Positions 63,151-64,000 of a DNA stretch of 64,000 bases are shown piece by piece. Position 1 is the stretch's first letter; every line of letters begins with the position of its first letter. Source of the DNA: Octopus sinensis (Eukaryota); NCBI RefSeq assembly GCF_006345805.1, contig NC_043001.1, forward strand, positions 21,638,001 to 21,702,000, given 5' to 3'. A model generated the notes under the pieces. The model was not told the DNA's origin. It worked only from the letters and a program-made list of their open reading frames with translations, and did not search any database. Made by a program: the position numbers and the translations under genes.

Positions 63151-64000
63151 CGACTGACATTTAAGCTTTAACTGCGTTGTCTGTTTTTTCTTATATTCAA
63201 GGTTACTTTATCCACTACATTCGTCCATTTCTTAAACTATTGAGTAATATTTGGAAGATGTTCAATTTTTGTTCTGATGGTTGTTTCTTTGTTTTCAAAG
63301 GGGTACTTGTTTCTTTGTGCTTGTTTTTATAGCCCAGATCAGCCTTAAGTGATCATGATTTGCTCCATGATCAAAGTCGTTCAAACAGCGAAATGAGGCG
63401 ATTGGGCGAACCGACTTGGACGCTGACGATTTGGCATGGCTGACCGGACAGTCAATCTATTTTGATGACAATATTTCCGGTGCTAGAGGCAAACACGCGC
63501 GCGTGCAGAAATATACACATACAGATAGAGAGAAGGTGGGTGAGAGATATTACACACACATAAAAAAGAGAGAGTAAAAAAATATCAGAGAACATCTGAT
63601 ATCACATAAGTCAATTTCTTTATTAACCATGAGGTTGAGAAAAAGAGGGGACGATACGAGGACAGACAAAACAAACATTGGGGTCAGGGTATCGAATGTG
63701 ACGAAACGTATGAATAAACAAACAATTAAAATATATACAATTAAATGAGAATGAGTGATTTACAAAAAATTGTAGCGGAGGACGCGGTCAACCCCACAAA
63801 CCACATACTCACACTGAAGACTTTGCTTTCTCCTTTTTATATTCTCGTTTAAACAGGTTCTTTCACTCGCAACATACTTGCTATAGACTTCCATCTTTTA
63901 CGAAACACACTTTGCGACAGGCATTTCTTCTCCAGCCTTATTTTCCGTTTCATGAGGGAAACGAAAAAGTTGATTAGCTCGAGACTGGAGATGAACATGC

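Overview
Eukaryotic, AT-rich and almost entirely repeat-derived DNA with one 100-N assembly gap (33623-33722). The SINE families and the very high microsatellite density fit an octopus/cephalopod genome (inference). I found no confident host gene; most listed ORFs are microsatellite or repeat artefacts. The main finding is at 1-4026: a head-to-tail array of a ~1.7-kb retroelement encoding only an ORF1/Gag-like CCHC-knuckle protein, with no RT. Each unit is followed by the same 20-bp piece of the mariner element it inserted into, and its 3' tail matches the tail of the most abundant tRNA-SINE here, which also forms fixed-junction tandem arrays. A diverged pseudogenised paralog lies at ~22.5 kb. 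The window also holds several hammerhead-ribozyme-bearing Penelope-type small elements, including a tRNA-head + hammerhead element inserted as one TSD-flanked palindrome (16320-16880). Other content: three SINE/non-autonomous element-to-LINE tail pairs, GG-ended MITEs with 8-bp TSDs and CCCTAA repeats, a CTAG|TC Helitron dimer, LINE remnants (CR1/L2-like, RTE, R4/Dong-like), Penelope GIY-YIG remnants and pogo/Tigger remnants. Family names come from recalled motifs, not database searches.
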